Below, in pieces: positions 49,478-57,516 of a stretch of DNA of 61,849 nt. The stretch is from a virus. Lineage: Duplodnaviria; Caudoviricetes. Below the pieces are notes generated by a model, which was not told the origin of the DNA, did no database searches, and was given only the letters and a program-made list of their open reading frames with translations. The first letter of the stretch is position 1. Each line of letters starts with the position of its first letter. The position numbers and the translations under genes were made by a program. The DNA lies in the IMG/VR virus record IMGVR_UViG_3300033141_002871, positions 1 through 61,849 of that record; one strand, written 5' to 3'.

Positions 49478-50412
49478 AGTTGCTTCTGACGAACCACGGG
49501 ATGTCCGACTTCGCCGGTTCGGAGCTGGCGACCTACACGCTGGCGCACATGCTGAGGCGGCAGGGGCACGACCCGTGGGTCTACACGCCGAGGCCGGGCC
49601 AGGTGTCGGCCAGGCTCGGAGACGTGGGCTTCAAGGTAACCGGCGACGTGACCGAGTGGAGAGAGGAGAGGTTTGACGTCGTCCACTTCCACCACAGGGT
49701 CTGCGTGCCCCCGGTGCGTGCGGTGTTCCCGGACCTGCCCGCGATTTACGTGAGCCACGGAGTGATCCCCGACCTGGAGAAGCCGCCCCTGGACGCCGGG
49801 ATCGACAGGTTCGTCGCGGTCAGCGAGGAGGTGGAGGGGATGCTGCAGAGACTCGGAGTTTCACCGGACCGGATCTCCGTCATCCGGAACGGAGTGAACC
49901 TGTGCCGGTTCAAGCCGCTCAGGCGCGTCTCTGCAAAGTTGAATCGGGTGCTGGTGATCTCCAACCACTTTCCCACGTCGCTCTGGAAGCTGCTGCAGAC
50001 CGCATGCAAGAGGCTCGGCGCGGAACTGCGCGGCATCGGGATCGGTCTGGACCGGGGTCCGACGTGGGAGACAGAGACCCTTATGAACTGGGCGGATCTC
50101 GTCGTGTCCCTGGGCCGGGGCGCTTTGGAGGCGATGGCGTGCGCGAGGGCGGTCCTGGTCTGGGACGTGCACGGCGGGGACGGTCTGGTCACTCCGGACA
50201 CGTACCCGGCGATTCGGAAGTGCAACTTCTCCGGGCGCGCGGTTGGCGAGGACTACGGCCTGGAGAGGCTGGTCGACCTGCTGCGGCAGTACCGGCCCGA
50301 TATGGGCGCTGTGAACCGGAAGCTGGCGATGTACAGGCACGACTCAGAGAGGTTGATATGGGATTACGAGAGGGTCTACGAGTGGGCAGTCGAGAGGAGG
50401 TCATCATGCTGA
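49474..50412 (+). CDS. GT-B/GT4-like glycosyltransferase
   Basis: AGSE, VAVSEE, IRNGVNL.RF, LGRGALEAMAC. Confidence 0.82.
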   Translation: MKLLLTNHGMSDFAGSELATYTLAHMLRRQGHDPWVYTPRPGQVSARLGDVGFKVTGDVTEWREERFDVVHFHHRVCVPPVRAVFPDLPAIYVSHGVIPDLEKPPLDAGIDRFVAVSEEVEGMLQRLGVSPDRISVIRNGVNLCRFKPLRRVSAKLNRVLVISNHFPTSLWKLLQTACKRLGAELRGIGIGLDRGPTWETETLMNWADLVVSLGRGALEAMACARAVLVWDVHGGDGLVTPDTYPAIRKCNFSGRAVGEDYGLERLVDLLRQYRPDMGAVNRKLAMYRHDSERLIWDYERVYEWAVERRSSC

Positions 50413-51962
50413 GACTGAGATACGCTTCCCCCGTTCCGAACGAGCAGGTCAACCTCGCGTTCGGGCCGACAAGGGAGAGGCACTACAGCAGGGTTCGCGA
50501 TGTGTCCAGCTTCTCCGGGGAGGGCGAGAACCTGATCTTCATAGTCGGAGCGCCGAGGAGCGGGACGACGTGGCTCCTGAAGCTGCTGGAGGAGCACCCG
50601 GACGTCGTCGGGGTGAGGCGCGGCGACCTCGGGCTCGGGGATCCGGTCGGCCCGTACCTGGAGACCGGTGCGTTCACGGAGGCCGCCGGTCTTCCGGACT
50701 CGGAGATCCGGGAGAGGTTCCGAGTCTTGACCGAGAGGAACCCCGGTAAGGTGCTGGTGGAGAAGACTCCGATGCACCTGATGTGCGTCGACCGGATAAG
50801 GGAGGTCTTCCCGAAGGCCGCGATCATCCTGACGAGGCGGGAGGGGCGGGACGCCTTCGCGTCCATACTGGCGGCCGGGAAGGACCCGGAATCCTGGTGG
50901 AGGGACGCCCCGACGACCGCGGAGGCCGCCGCGAAGCTGTGGCTTGATTACGCCATCGCGTCGAGTCGCTGCGAGGGCTGCTACAATCCCTACGTCGTGC
51001 GGTACGAGGACCTGGTGTTCGACACCGAGGGCACCTTGGAGGAGCTGCTGAGAGCCCATGGTCTTGACCAGGCATATGTCAGGAGCCAGGTGGAGGCGTG
51101 CGTCGGCGGGAGGAACATCGAGGTCCCCGGAGTGTTTCGGCGCGGTATCGTCGGCGGGTGGAAGGGAGACCTGAGCCCGGCAGAGCTGGAGACCTTCGAG
51201 ATCGTCGCGGGCAAGATGAACTGGCGGCCGGCATGGAAGCGTAGCGAGCAGCCGGACCTGACGGTCGTTCTGTCCTGCTTCGAGCGGCCGAGGAGCCTGA
51301 GCCGGTCGGTTCAGTCTCTCCTCGACCAGACGATCCTTCCGAGGATGGAGGTCATCGTATGCGACGACGGATCGTCGAACCCGGCGACCCGCCGAATGCT
51401 GCGGATGCTGGAGAACCGGGAAGGGTTCCGCGTGATTCGCGGGGACAGGACATCGCCGACCCACAAGGAGGGTTTCTGCACGTTCACCCAGTTGATCAAC
51501 CGGGCGATGCACTGCGCCTCCGGGCGCTACGTGACCTACTTGTGCGACGGGGACGAGTACCGGCCGAACCGGTGCGGACTCCACGTCAGGCACCTCGACG
51601 AGAACCCAGACTGCTTCGCGGTCTGGTCGAGGAGCGAGTGGCTGAGGGACGGCGTGCCGGAGGCGGAGCGGGGATTCAATGGCTCGGCTTCGGAACTGAG
51701 GAATGCGATCGCGAACGGCAACTTCATCCACCACTGTGAGTTCACGCACCGGAGGACCGGGCTGAGGTGGAGCACGTCGCCGGACTCCTGGCGGTTCGCG
51801 GACTGGCTGTTCCTGCAGCGGCTGTTGCTCGACGGAAAGAGGTTCGAGGAGCTGGACGCGGTAACCCAGGTGAAGCACTACGACTCGGAGAGTCTCGGCA
51901 GGTCGATGGGCGAAAGGAAGGAGGCATTCGTGGACGTCGTGAGGAGGAGGATGAAGGGATGA
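50406..51962 (+). CDS. Sulfotransferase fused to GT2
   Basis: GAPRSGTTWL (PAPS loop), EKTP, REGRD, VRYEDL, FRRGIVGGWK; then GT2 VCDDGS; ATG 50406. Confidence 0.88.
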   Translation: MLRLRYASPVPNEQVNLAFGPTRERHYSRVRDVSSFSGEGENLIFIVGAPRSGTTWLLKLLEEHPDVVGVRRGDLGLGDPVGPYLETGAFTEAAGLPDSEIRERFRVLTERNPGKVLVEKTPMHLMCVDRIREVFPKAAIILTRREGRDAFASILAAGKDPESWWRDAPTTAEAAAKLWLDYAIASSRCEGCYNPYVVRYEDLVFDTEGTLEELLRAHGLDQAYVRSQVEACVGGRNIEVPGVFRRGIVGGWKGDLSPAELETFEIVAGKMNWRPAWKRSEQPDLTVVLSCFERPRSLSRSVQSLLDQTILPRMEVIVCDDGSSNPATRRMLRMLENREGFRVIRGDRTSPTHKEGFCTFTQLINRAMHCASGRYVTYLCDGDEYRPNRCGLHVRHLDENPDCFAVWSRSEWLRDGVPEAERGFNGSASELRNAIANGNFIHHCEFTHRRTGLRWSTSPDSWRFADWLFLQRLLLDGKRFEELDAVTQVKHYDSESLGRSMGERKEAFVDVVRRRMKG

Positions 51963-51994
51963 ACCGGAGGGTGAAGGGATGAACCGGAGGGTGA
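51952..51994 (+). repeat. 20-bp tandem duplication at a gene junction
   Basis: TGAAGGGATGAACCGGAGGG x2. Confidence 0.9.
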
Positions 51995-52698
51995 GCGCGA
52001 TAGTGAGCAGCTTCAACCGGCCGGAGGGCCTGCGCAGGTCCCTGGAGTCGGTGATTCAACAGACAATCGACGCGGAGATCATCGTGTGCGACGACGCCTC
52101 GACGGACCAGGAGGTGATGGAGATCCTGGAGGACGCCGAGGCCCGGTTCGGTGCGAGGATCGTCCGGGGAGAGCCGGTGTCGGTGAGCCGGAAGACCGAG
52201 GTCTGTACGTTCACGCGCCTGATAAACCGGGCGATGGACCTGGCGACCGGGGACTACGTTAGCTACCTGACGGACGGCAACTCGTGGCTCCCGGGCAGGT
52301 GCGCGGAGTACGTGAAGGTCCTGGACACGAGGCCGGACATATTTCTGGTCTGGGGCATGGTGCAGAACGTGAGGGACGGGGTGCCGCAGTCCATGCCCGC
52401 CTTCTTCCCGCTGAGGCACTGGCAGGTGGTGAACCAGTTGCGCCGGTTCAACATCATCGATCACAGCTCGGTGATGCATCGTCGGACCGCTGTGCGGTGG
52501 GACGAGGGGCCGGAGTCGTGGCGCTGCGCCGACTGGCTGTTCTGGAAAAGGCTCCTCGCGGCAGGACACGGGAAGTTTGTCAATCTGCCGGTGCACGGGG
52601 AGGTGTTCTATGACGAACCCGACAGTCTCGGTCGCTCGATGGTCGAGCGGGGCGAGGCGCTCGGAGACGTGCTCGCTTCGCGAGCAGAAGGAGGCTGA
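51979..52698 (+). CDS. GT2 glycosyltransferase (paralogue of the 50406 C-terminal domain)
   Basis: VCDDAS, CTFT.LINRAM, ADWLF, SLGRSM shared with the upstream domain. Confidence 0.88.
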   Translation: MNRRVSAIVSSFNRPEGLRRSLESVIQQTIDAEIIVCDDASTDQEVMEILEDAEARFGARIVRGEPVSVSRKTEVCTFTRLINRAMDLATGDYVSYLTDGNSWLPGRCAEYVKVLDTRPDIFLVWGMVQNVRDGVPQSMPAFFPLRHWQVVNQLRRFNIIDHSSVMHRRTAVRWDEGPESWRCADWLFWKRLLAAGHGKFVNLPVHGEVFYDEPDSLGRSMVERGEALGDVLASRAEGG

Positions 52699-52699
52699 G

Positions 52700-53038
52700 A
52701 TGGGCCTGAGGTATGCGAGGAACGTGAGCGGGAAGATCCAGATCGTCCCGAACTACGAGACGGGCGTTGCCCTGGAGATTGCCCCGGGGGAGATCGTGCT
52801 GTACGAGAAGGTGGCTCCGGACGGAAAGCTGTTTCCCGGATTTGAGCTACACTCAGAGGTCGAGCCGTACAGTCCGAAGGCCCCGAAGAGGCCGCCGACC
52901 CCAAAGGTTCCGGTGCCTCCGAAGACTCCGGTTCCGGAAAAGGAGAAGGCCATCGCCCCGAAGAGGACCGCGAAGCCGAGGAAGAAGACCGGGGCGAAGC
53001 CGAGGAAGCGGGCGACTCGGAAGAAGGCGGCCAAGTGA
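52700..53038 (+). CDS. Small protein with RNVSGKIQIV motif and a P/K/A-rich histone-H1-like tail
   Basis: AAGGAGG RBS, ATG 52700. Confidence 0.75.
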   Translation: MGLRYARNVSGKIQIVPNYETGVALEIAPGEIVLYEKVAPDGKLFPGFELHSEVEPYSPKAPKRPPTPKVPVPPKTPVPEKEKAIAPKRTAKPRKKTGAKPRKRATRKKAAK

Positions 53039-53047
53039 CCCGGCCGC

Positions 53048-53066
53048 TCATTTATCGGATAAATAA
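53048..53066. promoter_or_regulatory. 19-bp palindromic site, copy 8
   Basis: TCATTTATCGGATAAATAA abutting ATG 53067. Confidence 0.75.
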
Positions 53067-53243
53067 ATGAAGCTGACGGCGGTCAGAAACCTGAGCGGGA
53101 AGATCCAGGTGATCAACGGGCGGTCCTACGCGCCGGGCGATCTGGTGCCGGTGGAGGATTCGATCCTGGCGGATGGTAGGGTTCTCCCGACCCTCGGGCC
53201 GCCGCCGGACACGCGCAGGATTGCCAATCGAGGTGGCGGGTGA
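53067..53243 (+). CDS. 58-aa protein with RNLSGKIQVI motif (not in ORF track)
   Basis: MKLTAVRNLSGKIQVINGRSYAPGDLV...; GTGA overlap with the next gene. Confidence 0.7.
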   Translation: MKLTAVRNLSGKIQVINGRSYAPGDLVPVEDSILADGRVLPTLGPPPDTRRIANRGGG

Positions 53244-54379
53244 AAGCGCGAGAGGTACGAGGAGCGGGTTCTCCTCGCGGAGCAAGTGTAGACCTCTACA
53301 CCTACGGTCAGGGCGGGAACAGCGTCTTGATCGTGAACCGAGCAATCGCGACCGGCCTGCGGGAGGCCGGTCTGCTGAGGAGGGACCTGACGCCTCCGCT
53401 GCGGCCGGAGAAGGGCGGGGTGGACTGGGAAGGCGTCGCGGCGATGCGAGGGAAGGTGGAGCCGGGAGCGGACGCGGTCGTGTGCCAGGCCGGAGTTTCT
53501 CTGGAGGTGATGGAGAGGGTCCGGGCGGTCGATCCTGGAGCGACGATATTCCTGCAGCGGGACTCCTCCCATTGCAGGACGTGGCGCGACCTCATGCTGA
53601 GGGAGATGGACAGGTTCGGCATCCGCTGGGAGGTCTACGGGGGCGGGCTGCTGGAGCGGGAGGAGCGGGAGTACGAGCTGGCGGACCGGATAACGGTCCT
53701 CTCAGGCTGGGTCAGAAGCACGTTCAAGGAGCACGGTCTGGGGGAGAAGGTGGTCTACGTCGGACCGCAGACGTTCGACCGGGCGCAGTGGCCGGCGATG
53801 CCTCCTCCGCAGGGCCGGATGTTCCGGGTGCTGTTCGCCGGGCAGACCGGCCTTCGCAAAGGGCTGTTCTACCTCTTGGAGGCGTGGAAGCGGCTCTCGC
53901 TGAGGGACGCGCAGTTGCTGGTGGCCGGCATGCCGGAGCCGTCGTGCCCGGAGCTGGGCCGAGAGGTCGCCCGGAGGGTCGCGGACACCCCGTCCTGCGT
54001 CTCCCTCGGGTTCGTCCCGATGCACAAGATGCACAGCCTCTACGCGAGCTGCCACGTGCTTTGCATTCCGTCGATAGAGGAGGGGTCGACGATGACGGCG
54101 CTTGAGGCGCTCTCAACCGGTCGGCCGGTCATCGCATCGACCCAGGCCGGAGTGGACGTGCTGGAGCACGGGGTCAACGGGTTCCTGGTAGAGCCGGGCG
54201 AGTGGGAGCCGATAGCGGACGCACTCGCCTGGTACGCGGAACACAGAGACGTGTGGAGGGAACACTCGGAGGCGGCCCCGGAGGCTGTGAGGGAATGCGA
54301 CGTCCCGCAGTTCGGCAGGAGGTACGCGGAGAATCTACTAGGGGTCCTTTCAGGCCATACCGGGGACGAGCACGGATAG
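53240..54379 (+). CDS. GT4 glycosyltransferase
   Basis: EYELADRI.V.S, LFAGQ..LRKG, PSIEEG, LEALSTGRPVIAS, NGFLV. Confidence 0.9.
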   Translation: MKAREVRGAGSPRGASVDLYTYGQGGNSVLIVNRAIATGLREAGLLRRDLTPPLRPEKGGVDWEGVAAMRGKVEPGADAVVCQAGVSLEVMERVRAVDPGATIFLQRDSSHCRTWRDLMLREMDRFGIRWEVYGGGLLEREEREYELADRITVLSGWVRSTFKEHGLGEKVVYVGPQTFDRAQWPAMPPPQGRMFRVLFAGQTGLRKGLFYLLEAWKRLSLRDAQLLVAGMPEPSCPELGREVARRVADTPSCVSLGFVPMHKMHSLYASCHVLCIPSIEEGSTMTALEALSTGRPVIASTQAGVDVLEHGVNGFLVEPGEWEPIADALAWYAEHRDVWREHSEAAPEAVRECDVPQFGRRYAENLLGVLSGHTGDEHG

Positions 54380-54395
54380 TGCAGAGGAGCGAGAA

Positions 54396-54839
54396 ATGGG
54401 AACGAAAATCGACTCGAACGTTGCTGGCAGCTCGATCCACGGAGATGCGCTGGGTACTCAGGCGATCATCGAGGAGAAGTATGCGTGGCAGCAGGAGCGG
54501 GGCTGGCAGTTCAACCCGACCCTGGACGTGAAAAGGTACACGGAAACGAGTGGAGATCCGTCCGCGCATATCCAGCCGACTCGAACCCAGGTGACCAGCG
54601 TAGGCGGGGTTTCCCTGGAGTCCATGCCGTGCACTGTGGACGAGTACAAGAAGACGTACGAGCACCGGTGGGGTGGTGTGGCGGAGGCGGGGGATCGGGT
54701 GTTCGTGATCTACGACGTCGAGGTTCTGCCTTCCGACCGGATCGAGTACGACGGGAACGTCTACGAGCCGGTGTCCGTCGACTACAGGAGGGAGTCGGGC
54801 CGGTGCGAGATCCTGGCGAGGCGTGCCTCGGCCGCCTGA
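54396..54839 (+). CDS. Head-closure/stopper-like protein
   Basis: SDRIEYDGNVYE pattern; position before tail-completion genes. Confidence 0.6.
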   Translation: MGTKIDSNVAGSSIHGDALGTQAIIEEKYAWQQERGWQFNPTLDVKRYTETSGDPSAHIQPTRTQVTSVGGVSLESMPCTVDEYKKTYEHRWGGVAEAGDRVFVIYDVEVLPSDRIEYDGNVYEPVSVDYRRESGRCEILARRASAA

Positions 54840-54883
54840 TTTGCCAAACGTAGGACGCGGAGGGGATCGGTGAAGGAGGTTCT

Positions 54884-55459
54884 GTGTTTACGTTGACTCA
54901 CAACACCCCGCAGATCCGTGACAGGCTGATTCGACTGAAGGCACTGATCGACGGAGGTTGGCAGAGGGACATCGTGCGGATGATGGAGCGGGCCAGGGAC
55001 ACTGTGTCGAGACTCACTCCGAGGTCCGAGGCGGTTCCGGGAGTCAAGGCATCGCGGAAGCGGCGTGGGCACGTCGCGGACGGCTGGACCCTGAAGGTGA
55101 TCGGCGGGAAGGCGAAGTCCCGGATTCCCGTCCTGACCGTCGTCTACAACCGATACACTCACCGACCGGACGGGAAGAAGCTGGCGAACGCCATCCTCGG
55201 GGAGTCGAGGGGGCACAAGTTCACGGTGTTGGAGATCCTGGAGTACGGGACCAGACCTCACAAGATTTTGCCGAAAGAAAAGAGCGTTTTGCACTTCCGC
55301 ACGAGGGAAGGCGAGGAAGTGTTCACGATGCACGCGAACCATCCTGGTACGAGGCCCTACGCGATGGTTCGCATGACCAGGGCCAAACTGCACATGTGGT
55401 CGGTGGCGTTGAACCGGAAGTGGAAGAGGAAGATCGAGAGACACTGGAGGAGAGGTTGA
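54884..55459 (+). CDS. HK97 gp10-like tail completion protein
   Basis: LEYGTRPH.I.PK..SVLHF...HPGTRP. Confidence 0.75.
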   Translation: MFTLTHNTPQIRDRLIRLKALIDGGWQRDIVRMMERARDTVSRLTPRSEAVPGVKASRKRRGHVADGWTLKVIGGKAKSRIPVLTVVYNRYTHRPDGKKLANAILGESRGHKFTVLEILEYGTRPHKILPKEKSVLHFRTREGEEVFTMHANHPGTRPYAMVRMTRAKLHMWSVALNRKWKRKIERHWRRG

Positions 55460-55966
55460 GTGGCTGTTCCGGCGAAGAGGAAGAGCAGCAACATCGTGCT
55501 GTCGATCAACAGGTTCGTGAGGGATAACTTCGCGACGCCGAACAGCATCACTGTCAATTATCAGGATCGGGCGTTTGACTCGTCCGACAAGGACCTGTGG
55601 GTAGACGTCAGCGTGCTGAACCACGGCGCAGGGCGGAAAGGAGAGACTCTGGTGCAGTTCGACGTGTACAGCCGAATCGAGGGTCCGGTTCCCGGCGGAG
55701 ACCAGTACGGGCAGACCCTCGCGGAGACGGTGGACAAGCTCCACGCGGCGATGCACGTCGACACTGTTCCGGTGTACGACTTCTCGACGCCCACGAGCCC
55801 CAGCGCCACGGGCAGCGTGCTGATCGTCCAGAACAGCGCAGGCAAGCTCCGAGAGCCGGAGGACGACCGGGAGTTGTTCTTCGAGGACGGAGTCGCGAGG
55901 CGCAGCGTGACCTACAGGTTCGTGATGGCAGGCGACCTTAGCAGGTCGCCGTCGTACTACGACTAG
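55460..55966 (+). CDS. Tail terminator-like protein
   Basis: Size and position; VQFDVYS. Confidence 0.55.
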   Translation: MAVPAKRKSSNIVLSINRFVRDNFATPNSITVNYQDRAFDSSDKDLWVDVSVLNHGAGRKGETLVQFDVYSRIEGPVPGGDQYGQTLAETVDKLHAAMHVDTVPVYDFSTPTSPSATGSVLIVQNSAGKLREPEDDRELFFEDGVARRSVTYRFVMAGDLSRSPSYYD

Positions 55967-55980
55967 GAAGGAGGTGCGCA

Positions 55981-56529
55981 GTGTACGCAGGCTTCACGAA
56001 GCAGGGTGGAGTCGACGAGAGCGCCTACGTGGTCGGTCACTGGAGCGAGGTGCTGGCGAACGTATCCGCCACGGACTACTACATCGGCAACTGCCCGGAT
56101 GGGACGCTGGAGATCTCCCGCGAGTACTACACTCACGAGGACACGTCCCTACCGCGCAAGGTCGACCTGGTGGTTCCGATCCGGACCGGCATGAAGTTCA
56201 GCGGGACTGTCGAGGAGATCAACCGACAGAACGTGAGTTGGCTGCTGGGGCAGACGCTGGCCCCGTCGTCCAACTACATCTATGTCGGCGCGATGGCTCC
56301 GGCGCAGTTCTTCACCTTCAGGGGCCGCCGACACCGGCCGAGCGACAACGTCGCGATTGAGTTCTGCATGTGGAAGTGCATGGTCTCTTCGCTGTTCTCG
56401 CTCGGGAGCGGAGACGACGCGCAGGGTAGCCCGCTGGAGGTGATTGCTCTCGACGACACGGACGGAGACTACGGCGGAGGTTCCACGGATCCGCTCGGGT
56501 ACATCTGGGTGCCCGACAAGGGATCGTGA
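55981..56529 (+). CDS. Major tail (tube) protein
   Basis: AAGGAGG RBS, beta-rich, precedes chaperones and tape measure; no sheath gene in the module. Confidence 0.65.
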   Translation: MYAGFTKQGGVDESAYVVGHWSEVLANVSATDYYIGNCPDGTLEISREYYTHEDTSLPRKVDLVVPIRTGMKFSGTVEEINRQNVSWLLGQTLAPSSNYIYVGAMAPAQFFTFRGRRHRPSDNVAIEFCMWKCMVSSLFSLGSGDDAQGSPLEVIALDDTDGDYGGGSTDPLGYIWVPDKGS

Positions 56530-56568
56530 TCCTCGCCTGGCGGGACGCCCCTCGCCCCAGAGTTGATC

Positions 56569-56594
56569 ACCGCGGCCCGGGCGTGGGCCGCGGT
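56569..56594 (+). terminator. GC-rich hairpin after the tail tube gene
   Basis: ACCGCGGCCC-N6-GGGCCGCGGT; poor U-tract. Confidence 0.45.
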
Positions 56595-56622
56595 ACCTTG
56601 TTGACAGGACAGGAGGCGGGAA

Positions 56623-57183
56623 GTGGATAGCTACAAGGAGTTCATGCCGCGAAGGATGGACGTGATGGTCGGCGGGAAGAAGCTGGTGGTTCGGGAGTTC
56701 AACGCGGCGAAGCGGGATGCGATAGTCCGGATGGTGGTGGACGACCTGGACCTCGGCGCGGCCGGCCGATCTTTCAGCGAGGCCGTCGCGAGGTTTCGCG
56801 AGAGCCAGGAGGGCGAGGAGCCGGGGGCCGAGAAGGTCGGCGCAGTGTTCCAGCAGATGAGAGGGATCGTGAAGAAGGTCCTGGGCAGGGACCTGACGTC
56901 TCTGATGTGCGTGACCCTGGACGTCGCGGAGAACCGAGAGGCCGTCGGTCTCGGGAAGGAGAAGATCGAGGAGCACCCGCAGCACAGGTTCCGGCACTGC
57001 CCCGCGATGTGGCGGTGGGTCGAGGACAACCTGCTGCTGCGGAACGAGCCCGAGATCGTGAAGGCAATCGTCGAGGTCAACGACTTCTCGACGCTCGTAA
57101 AAAACTGGTCGACCCTCGTCGCGGACCTGACCGGCGCGGCGGGGGAGGAGAGCGAGGAGACGAGCGGGCAGGCTTCGGACTGA
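56623..57183 (+). CDS. Tail assembly chaperone (gpG-like)
   Basis: Position; contains slippery A AAA AAC at 57099-57105. Confidence 0.75.
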   Translation: MDSYKEFMPRRMDVMVGGKKLVVREFNAAKRDAIVRMVVDDLDLGAAGRSFSEAVARFRESQEGEEPGAEKVGAVFQQMRGIVKKVLGRDLTSLMCVTLDVAENREAVGLGKEKIEEHPQHRFRHCPAMWRWVEDNLLLRNEPEIVKAIVEVNDFSTLVKNWSTLVADLTGAAGEESEETSGQASD

Positions 57184-57515
57184 TGGACGTCGTGACCCTC
57201 GTGGCTACCGCGAGGGGGACGACCGAGTGGGAGGTTGTAGAGATGTACACGGCCCGGCAGATAGAGCACATCGCGAAGGTCTACATGAAGGACAAGATGC
57301 TCGTTCTGGAGACCGTTGCCGGGTCGTTCAAGTCGGCCCAGAAGTCGGGCAGGAGCGGCAGTCTGGAGCGGATACTACGGCAGCAGCCGCTTCGGCCCGG
57401 AATGGAGAGGAAGATCCACGTCATCGACATCGACAAGGAGCCTGCGGACTCGCTGCGGGCCAAGGTCGACGCGCTGATGCGCGGAAAGGCGCTGATGCGC
57501 GGAAAGGCGCTGTGA
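57099..57515 (+). CDS. Tail assembly chaperone -1 frameshift extension (gpT-like)
   Basis: The -1 frame is open from the slippery site to TGA 57515. Confidence 0.7.
   Translation, partial: KKLVDPRRGPDRRGGGGERGDERAGFGLMDVVTLVATARGTTEWEVVEMYTARQIEHIAKVYMKDKMLVLETVAGSFKSAQKSGRSGSLERILRQQPLRPGMERKIHVIDIDKEPADSLRAKVDALMRGKALMRGKAL
57471..57512 (+). repeat. 18-bp in-frame tandem duplication (ALMRGK)
   Basis: GCGCTGATGCGCGGAAAG x2 plus GCGCTG. Confidence 0.9.
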
Positions 57516-57516
57516 T

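Noticed and set aside
51952-51994. Tandem duplications (also 57471-57512) as phase-variation switches
   Set aside because: Only two units each and both leave reading frames intact; likely slippage or assembly artefacts
3352-53066. Palindromes as CRISPR repeats or dif-like recombination sites
   Set aside because: Dispersed over kilobases with no regular spacers; 9-1-9 symmetry does not fit 11-6-11 dif geometry; no cas or recombinase gene seen
44044-54379. Host O-antigen/EPS locus or chimeric assembly
   Set aside because: Translationally coupled to phage neck genes, shares the phage palindrome, protein motif and codon style, and lacks wzx/wzy/ABC export genes
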